A stretch of DNA of 63,979 bases, counting the filler, from an uncultured bacterium (GTDB taxonomy: Bacteria > CAZDME01 > JAYEMH01): the NCBI GenBank assembly GCA_964506785.1. It is 5 parts of 5 records of this genome, joined end to end, with 100 filler letters (N's around TTAATTAATTAA, not from the genome) between each part and the next. Parts side by side here need not be neighbours in the genome. Positions count along the whole stretch, not along the records: positions 1 to 14,785 come from CAZDME010000033.1; 4 more parts are not named here. One strand, given 5' to 3'. The notes beneath the pieces are model-generated. The model did no database searches. It saw only the letters and a program-made list of their open reading frames with translations, and was not told where the DNA came from. Shown one piece after another: positions 1-8,863 of the stretch; position 1 is the stretch's first letter, and each line of letters starts with the position of its first letter. A program made the position numbers and the translations under genes.

Positions 1-52
1 TTCACGATTCACCATTCACCAATTTAATCCCAGCGACTAATTAATTTACCAT
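1..52. repeat. Heptamer tandem repeat (TTCACGA/TTCACCA/TTTACCA family)
   Basis: ttcacga-ttcacca-ttcacca; nt 4-28 identical to 58104-58128 at the end of contig 4. Confidence 0.75.
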
Positions 53-72
53 ATATCGAGCGCTTAATCAAT

Positions 73-104
73 AAAAAAGCCCCTTCTATAAGGAGCTTCT
101 TTTT
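73..104 (-). terminator. Probable intrinsic (possibly bidirectional) terminator
   Basis: aaaaaagcccct-tctata-aggagcttctttt: imperfect hairpin with A/T tracts on both sides, downstream of the minus-strand ORF ending at 227. Confidence 0.5.
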
Positions 105-226
105 CATCTTAAATTTCTCTCTAAAATCTATTTATTCATTCCTAGAACCAATATTTATCTGCCGCTACAGATAATTCAGAGGAGCAAACATCAACCGCAT
201 CAGCCCGGGCTCTATTTTAGATTTTC

Positions 227-1669
227 TTACCTATTTACCACCCTCCCATTTTCTAAAATTACTTCTTCGCCTTCAGCCGTCAGAAATGTCCCCTGGTAGG
301 GGACTAATTGCCCTTCGCTATTCATTCTATAAATATTGCCGTTAGTTTGAGTGAGTTGAAGAATCCTGAAGTTATAAATAAGATATATGCTCCCTTCTTC
401 ATCAGTATAGTTCCCCGAGTAAAGAGCCAACTCTCCCTTTTCATTTAACTTATAAATATTGCCGTTGGAACGTTCCATATAATCTATTTTGATTTTACCT
501 TCCTGATAAAGATAATGATAATTACTTACTTGCCCCTCAGAAGTTTCCACCCGGTCAATTACTGTTTCTCCAGCTATTTTTTTATAATAGTTTACTTGGC
601 CGTCGGGGTAAGTAACCTGACTGAGTTCAAATTCCTCTATCTGGTATTGACTGCCATCTTCCTGGGTAAACGTCCCTTGATAAGCCGCCAGTTTTTTTTC
701 TTCTTCCCCCTCTTCTTCTTTTAATTTATAGATATTGCCGTCCGCCTTGGTAATCTGAACGGTGTTAAAGTTATTAATCATATAAATATCTTCTTTTTCT
801 TCTTCATCTTTAACTTTAAACTGGCCAAAATAGGGGGTTAATTTTTCCTCTTTATTGCCTTCCTCATCTTCACCCTCTCTCATTTTATAAATATTCTCAT
901 CCTTATCTACAGCCAGAATTATTTCCTTGTTATTATTAAAGCTATAGGTAACTCCGGAATCCGGTTGGGTATAGTAACCAGCATGCGGCACCATTTTGCC
1001 ATTTCTTATTCCATATGCCTTTCCTCCGGATATTATTTGCCGGGACTGGAATTCATTAATAATTTGTTGATTACCCCCGGTATCAATAAATACCCCCTGA
1101 TAGGGTTTAAGCCGGCCCTCTTGCATCCGGTAGATATTTCCTTCAGGAGAAATCATCTCCGTATATTGAAAATTCTCGATGATATAGACATTTCCTTCTT
1201 CAGTAATATGCCGGCCGTAATAAATAGCCAGGTGGCCGTTTTCTTTACGCTTATAAATATTCCCGTCCTGGTCTATACCGGAAATAGCCTGACCATTTTT
1301 ATCAAGGACTACGGTAAAGCCGCTAGAGTCATCATAATAGGCCCGGCCTTCAGACAGGATTTCTTCTTTAGTCGGCTCGGCTAATATTTCCGGCGGTGTT
1401 TCGTCTTCTTCCTTGAGATATTGTTCAGTAGGAGCCTGATGAGAAGTAGCCGGAAGGGGAACAGTTTCATCTTGCGCATATCTATCATCTGGTTCAAGCG
1501 AGGGCTCTCCCAATTTTTCAAATGCCCGGATGGTATTTGATTGGCTGAATATAGAAATAAAGGCTATAATTATGATAGCTATAGCCCTTGCCGGATAAAT
1601 AGAGCAACCGTTTATGGCCTTTTGTCCCTCATTTATTCCTTTTGTCTTTCTTCTTGCTTTCTTGGCCAT
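227..1669 (-). CDS. Secreted or membrane-anchored acidic protein with about seven ~40-aa repeats
   Basis: N-terminal hydrophobic segment AIAIIIIAFISIFS; recurring GNIY(K/R)...G.L..Y.G.F....G..Y.I.NF units; no family recognised. Confidence 0.8.
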   Translation of the reverse strand: MAKKARRKTKGINEGQKAINGCSIYPARAIAIIIIAFISIFSQSNTIRAFEKLGEPSLEPDDRYAQDETVPLPATSHQAPTEQYLKEEDETPPEILAEPTKEEILSEGRAYYDDSSGFTVVLDKNGQAISGIDQDGNIYKRKENGHLAIYYGRHITEEGNVYIIENFQYTEMISPEGNIYRMQEGRLKPYQGVFIDTGGNQQIINEFQSRQIISGGKAYGIRNGKMVPHAGYYTQPDSGVTYSFNNNKEIILAVDKDENIYKMREGEDEEGNKEEKLTPYFGQFKVKDEEEKEDIYMINNFNTVQITKADGNIYKLKEEEGEEEKKLAAYQGTFTQEDGSQYQIEEFELSQVTYPDGQVNYYKKIAGETVIDRVETSEGQVSNYHYLYQEGKIKIDYMERSNGNIYKLNEKGELALYSGNYTDEEGSIYLIYNFRILQLTQTNGNIYRMNSEGQLVPYQGTFLTAEGEEVILENGRVVNR

Positions 1670-1685
1670 GGATTCATCCTTTAAA

Positions 1686-1720
1686 TAAAAACCGGGGTGC
1701 CGTCACTTTCGGCAACCCGG
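1686..1720 (-). terminator. Riboswitch expression-platform terminator
   Basis: Minus strand CCGGGTTGCCG-aaagtga-CGGCACCCCGG-TTTTT; the 5' arm overlaps the 3' strand of the aptamer. Confidence 0.75.
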
Positions 1721-1788
1721 CTTTCCTTCGTTCCACTCAGGACCCGCAGCTTTGCGTCCCCGCCTTGCGGCGGGTTTGCCTTTATCGC
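1706..1788 (-). promoter_or_regulatory. c-di-GMP-I (GEMM) riboswitch
   Basis: Minus strand GATAAAGGCAAACCCGCC-GCAA-GGCGGGGACGCAAAGCTGCGGGTCC...AGCCGGGTTGCCGAA matches the GEMM-I consensus (GNRA-capped P2, GACGCAAAG junction, TTGCCGA 3' end). Confidence 0.92.
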
Positions 1789-1805
1789 TCTTATCTTACT
1801 ATATA

Positions 1806-1834
1806 AATATAGCACATTATTATGCAAAAATCAA
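1806..1834 (-). promoter_or_regulatory. sigma70-type promoter of the riboswitch leader
   Basis: Minus strand TTGATT-17 bp-TATATT with extended TG, just upstream of the aptamer. Confidence 0.6.
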
Positions 1835-1851
1835 GTTTTTCTAAAATTTTT

Positions 1852-3285
1852 CTAAAATTTCCGCCACTTGGTTTCTTTTTGGCTGTCTTCCAAAATTATT
1901 CCCCGTTTTTTTAAATCCTGCCGGATGTCATCCGCTAAAACCCAATCTTTAGCCAGGCGGGCTTCATTCCTCTTTTTAATCAAACCTTCAATATCCTTAT
2001 CGTCTATTTTTTTCACAATTTTCGTTGGCAAACCTAAAACACCAAGCATCTCTGTTAATTCTTGGTACCCGGTTTGAATTAATTTTTCCTCCGGGTTGTT
2101 TTTCCCAAATTCTTTATTGATTAATCCGACCAATTCAAAAATTACCCCGATTGCCCCGGCGGTATTAAAATCGTCATTCATACAATTTTCAAAACGAGAA
2201 ATGAAATTTTTTATTTTCGAATGAACTACCCTCTTTTTAGGAAACCTGGCCGGTCCTTTTTCTAAACAAATAGTGATTCTTTCCCACTTTCGGCGGGCAT
2301 CTTCCAACCTTTGGGGGCTAAAATCGATAGGGCTGCGGTAATGAGTGGAAATGAGAAAAAGGCGGGTAACTGCCGGGGAATATTTTTGGAAAAGCTCCTT
2401 CAGGGTAAAAATATTCCCCAACGATTTGGACATTTTCTCTTTATTGATAGTTACAAAGCCATTATGCATCCAGTAGCGGACAAAGGGTTTACCGGTGGAG
2501 GCCTCTGATTGAGCAATTTCGTTTTCGTGATGAGGAAAGACCAAATCACTTCCCCCTCCGTGAATATCAAGGGTTTCTCCTAAATATTTTTGAGACATCA
2601 CCGAACATTCAATATGCCAGCCGGGACGCCCCTCTCCCCAGGGACTGGGCCAGGAGGGCTCGTCCGGCTTTGACCTTTTCCAGAGTGCAAAATCCAAAGG
2701 ATTTTTTTTACGCTTATCTTTATCTATCCGGCATACATTCACCATTTCATCTTGCGGCCGACGGGAAAGCCGGCCGTAGGTTTTGAATTTACTAACTTGA
2801 AAATAGATACTGCCAGCAGCCTCATAGGCAAACCCTTTATCAATCAGGGTTTCAATCATTCTAATCATGCCCTTGATATTCTCGGTCGCCTTGGGATAAT
2901 ACCCGGCCCTTTTGACATTCAGTTTATCCATTACGGTAAAATAGGCCTTTATGTAACGCCGGCTAATTTCCCTGACTTTCTTTTTTAAATTATCTTCTTT
3001 CCCTTTAAGCGATGAGCGATGAGCTATGAGCTCTTTTAGCTCCTTCCTTGCCCGATTAATAATTTTATCATCCACGTCGGTAAAATTCTGAACATAAATA
3101 ACCTTATACCCTTTATACTCCAAAAAACGGTAGATAATATCGAAAGCAACATAAGCCCGGGCATGCCCCAGGTGGCAGCCGTCATAAACGGTTACCCCGC
3201 AGACATACATCTTTACCTGACCCTTTTTCAAAGGCCGGAATTCCTCTTTCTTTCTGGTTAAGGTGTTATAAACTTTTAAAGACAT
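1852..3285 (-). CDS. cysS: Cysteine--tRNA ligase
   Basis: YVCGVTVY, HLGH (HIGH), GRPGWHIECS, DIHGGG, KMSKS. Confidence 0.98.
   Translation of the reverse strand: MSLKVYNTLTRKKEEFRPLKKGQVKMYVCGVTVYDGCHLGHARAYVAFDIIYRFLEYKGYKVIYVQNFTDVDDKIINRARKELKELIAHRSSLKGKEDNLKKKVREISRRYIKAYFTVMDKLNVKRAGYYPKATENIKGMIRMIETLIDKGFAYEAAGSIYFQVSKFKTYGRLSRRPQDEMVNVCRIDKDKRKKNPLDFALWKRSKPDEPSWPSPWGEGRPGWHIECSVMSQKYLGETLDIHGGGSDLVFPHHENEIAQSEASTGKPFVRYWMHNGFVTINKEKMSKSLGNIFTLKELFQKYSPAVTRLFLISTHYRSPIDFSPQRLEDARRKWERITICLEKGPARFPKKRVVHSKIKNFISRFENCMNDDFNTAGAIGVIFELVGLINKEFGKNNPEEKLIQTGYQELTEMLGVLGLPTKIVKKIDDKDIEGLIKKRNEARLAKDWVLADDIRQDLKKRGIILEDSQKETKWRKF
3008..3035. repeat. Heptamer repeat inside cysS
   Basis: agcgatg-agcgatg-agctatg-agctctt; encodes the ELIAHRSSL stretch in frame. 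Confidence 0.75.
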
Positions 3286-3325
3286 TGTCCTTTTTTTCTT
3301 TAGTTATGAGCCCCGAGCTAACAAA

Positions 3326-3967
3326 CTATGAGCCATTCTGTTTCTCCCGCCATTCTTTAAGATGCTTTTCAATCAAGTCGATTTCGTGCTGAACATTTTC
3401 CAGCCTTTCCGCCAGAGGGTCTGGCAGATTAGTATGGTCAAGATTAATCCCCGGAACCGTCAACCCGGCCTTCCGGGCAACTCTTCCCGGAACTCCCACC
3501 ACGGTAGAATTTGCCGGCACCGCACGAATAACCACCGCATTAGCGCCAATCTGGACGTTATCGCCAATGTTAATATTACCCAATATTTTTGCTCCGGCGC
3601 CAACTACGACATTGTTTCCCAGCGTCGGGTGCCTTTTTCCCTTTTCTTTCCCCGTTCCGCCCAGGGTTACCCCTTGAAAAAGGGTAACATTATCGCCAAT
3701 AATAGCCGTCTCCCCAATAACCACACCCATTCCGTGATCGATAAAAAATCCCCTGCCAATCTTTGCCGCGGGATGAATTTCAATACCGGTAAAAAACCGG
3801 GTAACCTGAGAAAAAAATCGCGGCAAAAAGGGAATATGCAGCCGGTAAAGAAAATGAGAGATGCGATGGCTGATTATTGCCTGCAGGCCGGAATAGCAAA
3901 AAAATACCTCGCAAATATTTTTAGCCGCCGGGTCTCGTTCAAAACAGGCTTTTATATCGCTAAACAT
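3326..3967 (-). CDS. cysE: Serine O-acetyltransferase
   Basis: [39 protein letters not shown] hexapeptide repeats; start set at ATG 3967 behind a GGAGG RBS. Confidence 0.96.
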   Translation of the reverse strand: MFSDIKACFERDPAAKNICEVFFCYSGLQAIISHRISHFLYRLHIPFLPRFFSQVTRFFTGIEIHPAAKIGRGFFIDHGMGVVIGETAIIGDNVTLFQGVTLGGTGKEKGKRHPTLGNNVVVGAGAKILGNINIGDNVQIGANAVVIRAVPANSTVVGVPGRVARKAGLTVPGINLDHTNLPDPLAERLENVQHEIDLIEKHLKEWREKQNGS

Positions 3968-4194
3968 ACTTTTCCCCTCCCTCTTCTCACCCAATGAGTA
4001 AAACCCCGCCACACGCAAATCTTGCTCAAAATCTTAATCATCTGCCCATTCGAATCTTGTCTATGGGCTTTATTTTCCCTGATTTTAACATATAAGGCGG
4101 GCGCTAGCAAGATTAATGTCATCCCGGGCCTGCCGCTTTTCCCTTTTCCTTTCGCTAAAAAAGTGTTATACTATCTAAGGGAAAAGAGAGAAAA

Positions 4195-5166
4195 ATGACG
4201 GATAAAAAATTAATCATCCAGGTCCCATGTTATAATGAAGAAAAAAACCTGCCTATAACTCTTCAGGATTTACCCCGGAATATCCCGGGGATTTCTCAGA
4301 TAGAAATCCTGGTTATTGACGATGGTTCAACTGACCAGACAGCTAAAATCGCCAAAGAACTTGGGGTAAATCATCTGGTTCGATTTACCCATCACCTGGG
4401 CCTGGCTCAAGCCTTTAGTGCCGGTCTCGATGCCAGTTTGAAATTAAAAGCAGACATAATCGTAAATACGGATGCGGACCATCAATATCCGGGCAAGGAA
4501 ATTGCCCGCTTGACTGCTCCGATACTTCAGGGTGAAGCGGATATTGTCATTGGTGTCCGAAACATTAAAGCCATTAAACATTTCCCCTGGGCGAAAAAAA
4601 GACTCCAAAAATTGGGCAGCTGGGTAGTCCGCCATATATCCAGAACGAATATTTCCGATGTTACCAGCGGTTTCCGGGCTTATAGCCGGGAAGCCGCTTT
4701 AAAACTCAATATTATCTCTGGCTATACTTATACCCTGGAAGCAATTATTCAAGCCGGTAAAAAAAATCTGAAAATCGCCAGTATTCCCATTGAAGTAAAT
4801 CCGCCGTTACGTCCTTCCCGGTTAATTAAGAATACCTCCGGTTATCTCAAAAAATCAACCGCCACTATTCTCAGAATCTATGCCATGTTTAACCCGATGA
4901 AAATTTTTATGAGCGCGGGGCTCACTATTTTCTCTTTTGGCCTTTTAATTGGGCTTCGCTTTCTCTATTTTTACTTCCATTCTTCCGGCGGCGGGCATAT
5001 TCAATCGTTAATTTTAGCCGCCGTTCTTTTAATCATCGGCTTCTTGATTTCGATGATTGGCCTGCTGGCCGATTTAATCTCAGCTAACCGCCGCCTATTA
5101 GAAGACAGTTTATATCGAATAAAAAAAATAGAATTAGAAACCATTGAGAAATTAGAGAAAGATTGA
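4195..5166 (+). CDS. GT2 glycosyltransferase (DPM-synthase-like) with C-terminal TM helices
   Basis: PCYNEE, IDDGSTD, DAD, SGFRAY motifs. Confidence 0.92.
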   Translation: MTDKKLIIQVPCYNEEKNLPITLQDLPRNIPGISQIEILVIDDGSTDQTAKIAKELGVNHLVRFTHHLGLAQAFSAGLDASLKLKADIIVNTDADHQYPGKEIARLTAPILQGEADIVIGVRNIKAIKHFPWAKKRLQKLGSWVVRHISRTNISDVTSGFRAYSREAALKLNIISGYTYTLEAIIQAGKKNLKIASIPIEVNPPLRPSRLIKNTSGYLKKSTATILRIYAMFNPMKIFMSAGLTIFSFGLLIGLRFLYFYFHSSGGGHIQSLILAAVLLIIGFLISMIGLLADLISANRRLLEDSLYRIKKIELETIEKLEKD

Positions 5167-6290
5167 AGATTTGTTATTTTGGCACTTACGACGAGCAAAG
5201 GCCTCGAAATCGGATAATCATCCGGGGTTTGAAAGAAAATGGCGTCGAGATAGTAGAGTGCCATTTCCCTCTCTGGAAAAATATCGAAGATAAAAGCCGG
5301 ATAAATCGAACCAGTAAAAAGTTAGCCCTTTTTATCCGTTTTATCGGAAGCCGCTTTATCCTGCCGGCAAAATATTTCTTTCTTCCCCCGCATCAGGCTG
5401 TTATCGTCGGGTATCTTGGACATTTTGATATCTTTCTGGCCAGGTTTCTTTGCGTCCTCAAAAACAAACCTTTATATTTCAATGCATTCCTCTCTTTATA
5501 TGACACCCTGGTAAATGACAGGAAACTTATCCGGCCCAATACTTTTTTAGCAAAAGTCATTTTTTACCTGGATAAAATTTCCTGCCAATTAGCCGACCAC
5601 ATTTTCTTAGATACCGAGAGTCAAATTGACTATTTCACCAAGATTTTTAAATTAAGAAAATCTAAATTCAGCCGCGTTTTTGTTGGCGCTGAAACTGGTA
5701 TCTTTTATCCCAGGACAAAAACAGCAGCTATTCAAGAAAATAAGCTTAAAGTTTTATTTTACGGCCAATTTATTCCTCTACAGGGTATAGAATTTATCAT
5801 TGAGGCCGCAAAATTATTAAAAGATGAAGATATCAAATTTACCATTATCGGCCGGGGGCAGGAATACGAAAGAATCCTCAGTTTAGCCAAAGCCTATAAG
5901 CTGAATAATATCTGCTGGATTGATTGGGTAAATTATCAAGATTTACCTAAATATATAGCCGAGGCGGATATCTGCCTGGGGATATTTGGCCGGACAGGAA
6001 AAGCCAGGCGGGTAATCCCCAATAAAGCCTTTCAGGCTATCGCCATGGGAAAGGCTTTAATAACCGGAGATTCTCCGGCGGCGAAAGAGTTATTTAAAAA
6101 TGAGGAAAATGCTTTTTTATGTAAGATGGCTGATCCCTCGGTTCTGGCTGAATCGATTATAAAACTTAAAAAAGACTCAAATTTGAGAGATAAAATAGCC
6201 GGGGCAGGCTATCGATTATTCAAAAGCAAATGCCCGCCCAGAGTTATCACCCAGGGATTCCTTAATCACCTTTTAAAGAAAACCTCATAG
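5163..6290 (+). CDS. GT4 glycosyltransferase
   Basis: GT-B motifs FYGQFIPLQG, PNKAFQAIAMGKALIT; TTG start overlapping the upstream stop. Confidence 0.9.
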   Translation: MKICYFGTYDEQRPRNRIIIRGLKENGVEIVECHFPLWKNIEDKSRINRTSKKLALFIRFIGSRFILPAKYFFLPPHQAVIVGYLGHFDIFLARFLCVLKNKPLYFNAFLSLYDTLVNDRKLIRPNTFLAKVIFYLDKISCQLADHIFLDTESQIDYFTKIFKLRKSKFSRVFVGAETGIFYPRTKTAAIQENKLKVLFYGQFIPLQGIEFIIEAAKLLKDEDIKFTIIGRGQEYERILSLAKAYKLNNICWIDWVNYQDLPKYIAEADICLGIFGRTGKARRVIPNKAFQAIAMGKALITGDSPAAKELFKNEENAFLCKMADPSVLAESIIKLKKDSNLRDKIAGAGYRLFKSKCPPRVITQGFLNHLLKKTS

Positions 6291-7141
6291 ATTCCTTTGT
6301 CCCCCCGGTAGATTCTTTTAAGATAATCATTTGGCAGGATCCGGCTAAAGCCGGGTTTATCGTATTTAATTATTAACTCCGGCTGGAATTCCCTTTCCCT
6401 TAATATATCGATTAAGTCTCTCGTTTCTTTTAATGTCATCATACTGGCATGGATTTCGATAAAGAGCCTGGCTATTTTATGAAGACTCTTCTTCATCCCC
6501 TTTAATATGCAGAGTTCATATCCCTCCACATCCATCCTGACAAATGATGGGATTTCTTTCTCTTTAAGAAAATTGTCAACCGTACCCATCTTCACATTTA
6601 TTTTCCCGGATACATCTTTTATCGGATAGAAACTGTGCCAGTTGCTTCGCTCTGATATATTCATCGCCTGATGCCCTTCGATATCACCCATGGCCATTTC
6701 GAATGTTTCTACATTTTGGCGCTGGTTTAATTCGAGATTGGTCTTAAGATAATTTATGTTTTTAAAATACGGCTCCACGGCATAAACCCTGCGGCACAAC
6801 ATCGATTCAATTAAAACATAGTAGCCAATGTTTGCCCCGATATCCAGGACAACATCATTTTTTGATAAAGATTTCATCAAATGATTTGTCGCCATTGGTT
6901 CCTTTATTCCGTCAAGAAACAAATCCCGGTGGATGCCGTAATCGTTCATATCCAGCTTCATTCTATTGCCAAGAATATTTTTGGTGACCTCCCCAGATGG
7001 CTTTAGCTTTTTATACACCTTGTTTTTTCTTTCATCCTCTTGCTTCATTAATTTAAAATCTTTATATCTACTTAAAGCATGCCTCAGTCCAAACCTGCTC
7101 ATTATCATTATTCCGTCTTTAATCATCTGTAAACTTGGCAT
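6266..7141 (-). CDS. FkbM-family SAM-dependent methyltransferase
   Basis: VLDIGANIGYY, AVEP, RMDVEGYE. Confidence 0.92.
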   Translation of the reverse strand: MPSLQMIKDGIMIMSRFGLRHALSRYKDFKLMKQEDERKNKVYKKLKPSGEVTKNILGNRMKLDMNDYGIHRDLFLDGIKEPMATNHLMKSLSKNDVVLDIGANIGYYVLIESMLCRRVYAVEPYFKNINYLKTNLELNQRQNVETFEMAMGDIEGHQAMNISERSNWHSFYPIKDVSGKINVKMGTVDNFLKEKEIPSFVRMDVEGYELCILKGMKKSLHKIARLFIEIHASMMTLKETRDLIDILREREFQPELIIKYDKPGFSRILPNDYLKRIYRGDKGIYEVFFKR

Positions 7142-7287
7142 GATAAAGCCCCCAATAGTATCTCCTGGCTCATACTGTCTATATTATAACATTTAAGGCC
7201 AGGTCATTCAAAAAAAATGTTATATTAACGCACTCCCGCTTTCACCCAAAAGATTTAGCCCCGTTATTTCATAAAAATAGCTTTCCT

Positions 7288-7311
7288 AAACGCTATCCGC
7301 TATACGCTAAA
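7288..7311. repeat. Solo heptamer arm (TACGCTA family)
   Basis: cgctatccgctatacgctaaa (7291-7311) is identical to 37945-37965. Confidence 0.8.
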
Positions 7312-7429
7312 AAAAGATGATAATCCCGTATACAAAGGATAATTTTATTGCTATAATAGCTGTGGTCCCAATCCATTCCCCGGCATTCATCTTTTTCTTA
7401 TCAGTTTATACAGCAAAGAGAAAGATATT

Positions 7430-8854
7430 ATGAGAGTTTCTTCTTCAAAAGGGACATTATATAATTTCTCGGCCCGCTTTCTTTTTGTCTTATCCAGCTA
7501 TCTCATCCATATCCTTTTAGGGAGGTATCTGGGCCCGGAGAAATACGGCACCTTTGGTATTGTTACCGCTATATATAGCCTCTGGTTGATTTTCCTTTCC
7601 AATGGCTTCCGCCAGGCAATATCTAAATACATCTCCGAATTTAGAAATCTCTCTGCGGTAATTTATAGAAAAGGGCTTTTTCTCCAGACTATCTTTTCCC
7701 TATTTTTAACTTCCTTGCTTTTTCTGGGCTCTCAAAGGATTGCTTTCTTCCTGGGGGATGTAAATTTAGGCGGTTATTTCCGCTTCTCTTCCTTGATTTT
7801 GCCCTTCTCGGCAATTTACTTCATCGGCTTAGGAAAGCTCAACGGAGAGAAACGTTTCGGCCGGGAAGCAACAGTAATGAGTATCTATTACCTTTTAAAG
7901 TTAACCGGGATAACTATTTTAGTGGTAATTTTAGGCTGGGGGATAAGCGGGGCCATCGGAGGGATGTTCTTAGCTTCGGCCGTAATCTCTATCTTGACTA
8001 TAATTTTATGCCCCGGCAGAAACAGGCACGGCGATTTTGCCGTTCAAAAATTAATTTTTTTCGCCCTGCCCATTTTATCCTTCTTCCTGGCGGTAAATCT
8101 ATTAATGAATTTAGACTTGATATTTGTAAAAAGGCTGCTCGCCCAGGAAGCATTTACCGGTTTTTATACTGCCGCCATAACTATTGCCCGGACGCCATAT
8201 TTCCTTTTCTACGCCTTTTCGGCAACGTTGCTGCCGACAATTTCGCATTCCTTCACCAAGGGAAATCTTTCAGAGGCAAGAATGTATATCAGCAAATATC
8301 TGCGTTATTTTTTAATTTTTGCCCTGCCTTTAACCGTATTAATCAGCGCTAAAGCAGCAAATTTAGTAGTTTTCGTTTACGGCCTTAAGTATGAAAATAG
8401 CGGTATTCCTTTGAGTATAATAATTTTTGGCATGTTTTTCTTAAGTTTTTTTATGCTCCTGGCAACTATCCTGTTTGGTATCGGCAAAGCTAAATTAGCT
8501 CTTTTAATACAAAGTTTGCTTTTGCCTTTAGACATTCTATTGCTTTATTATTTTATTCCTCGTTTTGGGCTGGCCGGGGCGGCTTTGGCGACGACCCTGG
8601 CAGCTTTGGCCGGGGTTCTCTTTATATCTTTTTCTGTCTATAGAAAATTAAGAGTTTTCCTTCCTTTATCTTCGTCTATAAAAATCATCTTAGCTAATTT
8701 AATTATTTTTTCCCTAAGTGAGTGCTTTTCTCTTCATGGGTTCTGGCTTCTCTTTTTCTTTGTAATCTCCTGCCTTGTTTATCTTTTACTATTATGGCTA
8801 TTTAAAGAGATAAAAAGGGAAGACTGGCAGCTGCTCAAAGGGATTATTGCTTAA
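7430..8854 (+). CDS. Wzx-like oligosaccharide flippase (MOP superfamily)
   Basis: Highly hydrophobic; LGRYLGPEKYG, GFYTAA, IPRFGLAGAALAT. Confidence 0.9.
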   Translation: MRVSSSKGTLYNFSARFLFVLSSYLIHILLGRYLGPEKYGTFGIVTAIYSLWLIFLSNGFRQAISKYISEFRNLSAVIYRKGLFLQTIFSLFLTSLLFLGSQRIAFFLGDVNLGGYFRFSSLILPFSAIYFIGLGKLNGEKRFGREATVMSIYYLLKLTGITILVVILGWGISGAIGGMFLASAVISILTIILCPGRNRHGDFAVQKLIFFALPILSFFLAVNLLMNLDLIFVKRLLAQEAFTGFYTAAITIARTPYFLFYAFSATLLPTISHSFTKGNLSEARMYISKYLRYFLIFALPLTVLISAKAANLVVFVYGLKYENSGIPLSIIIFGMFFLSFFMLLATILFGIGKAKLALLIQSLLLPLDILLLYYFIPRFGLAGAALATTLAALAGVLFISFSVYRKLRVFLPLSSSIKIILANLIIFSLSECFSLHGFWLLFFFVISCLVYLLLLWLFKEIKREDWQLLKGIIA

Positions 8855-8863
8855 GGCGATAGG

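Noticed and set aside
3968-4100. Possible T-box leader for cysE-cysS
   Set aside because: No T-box consensus or terminator/antiterminator pair recognisable, and the region is short.
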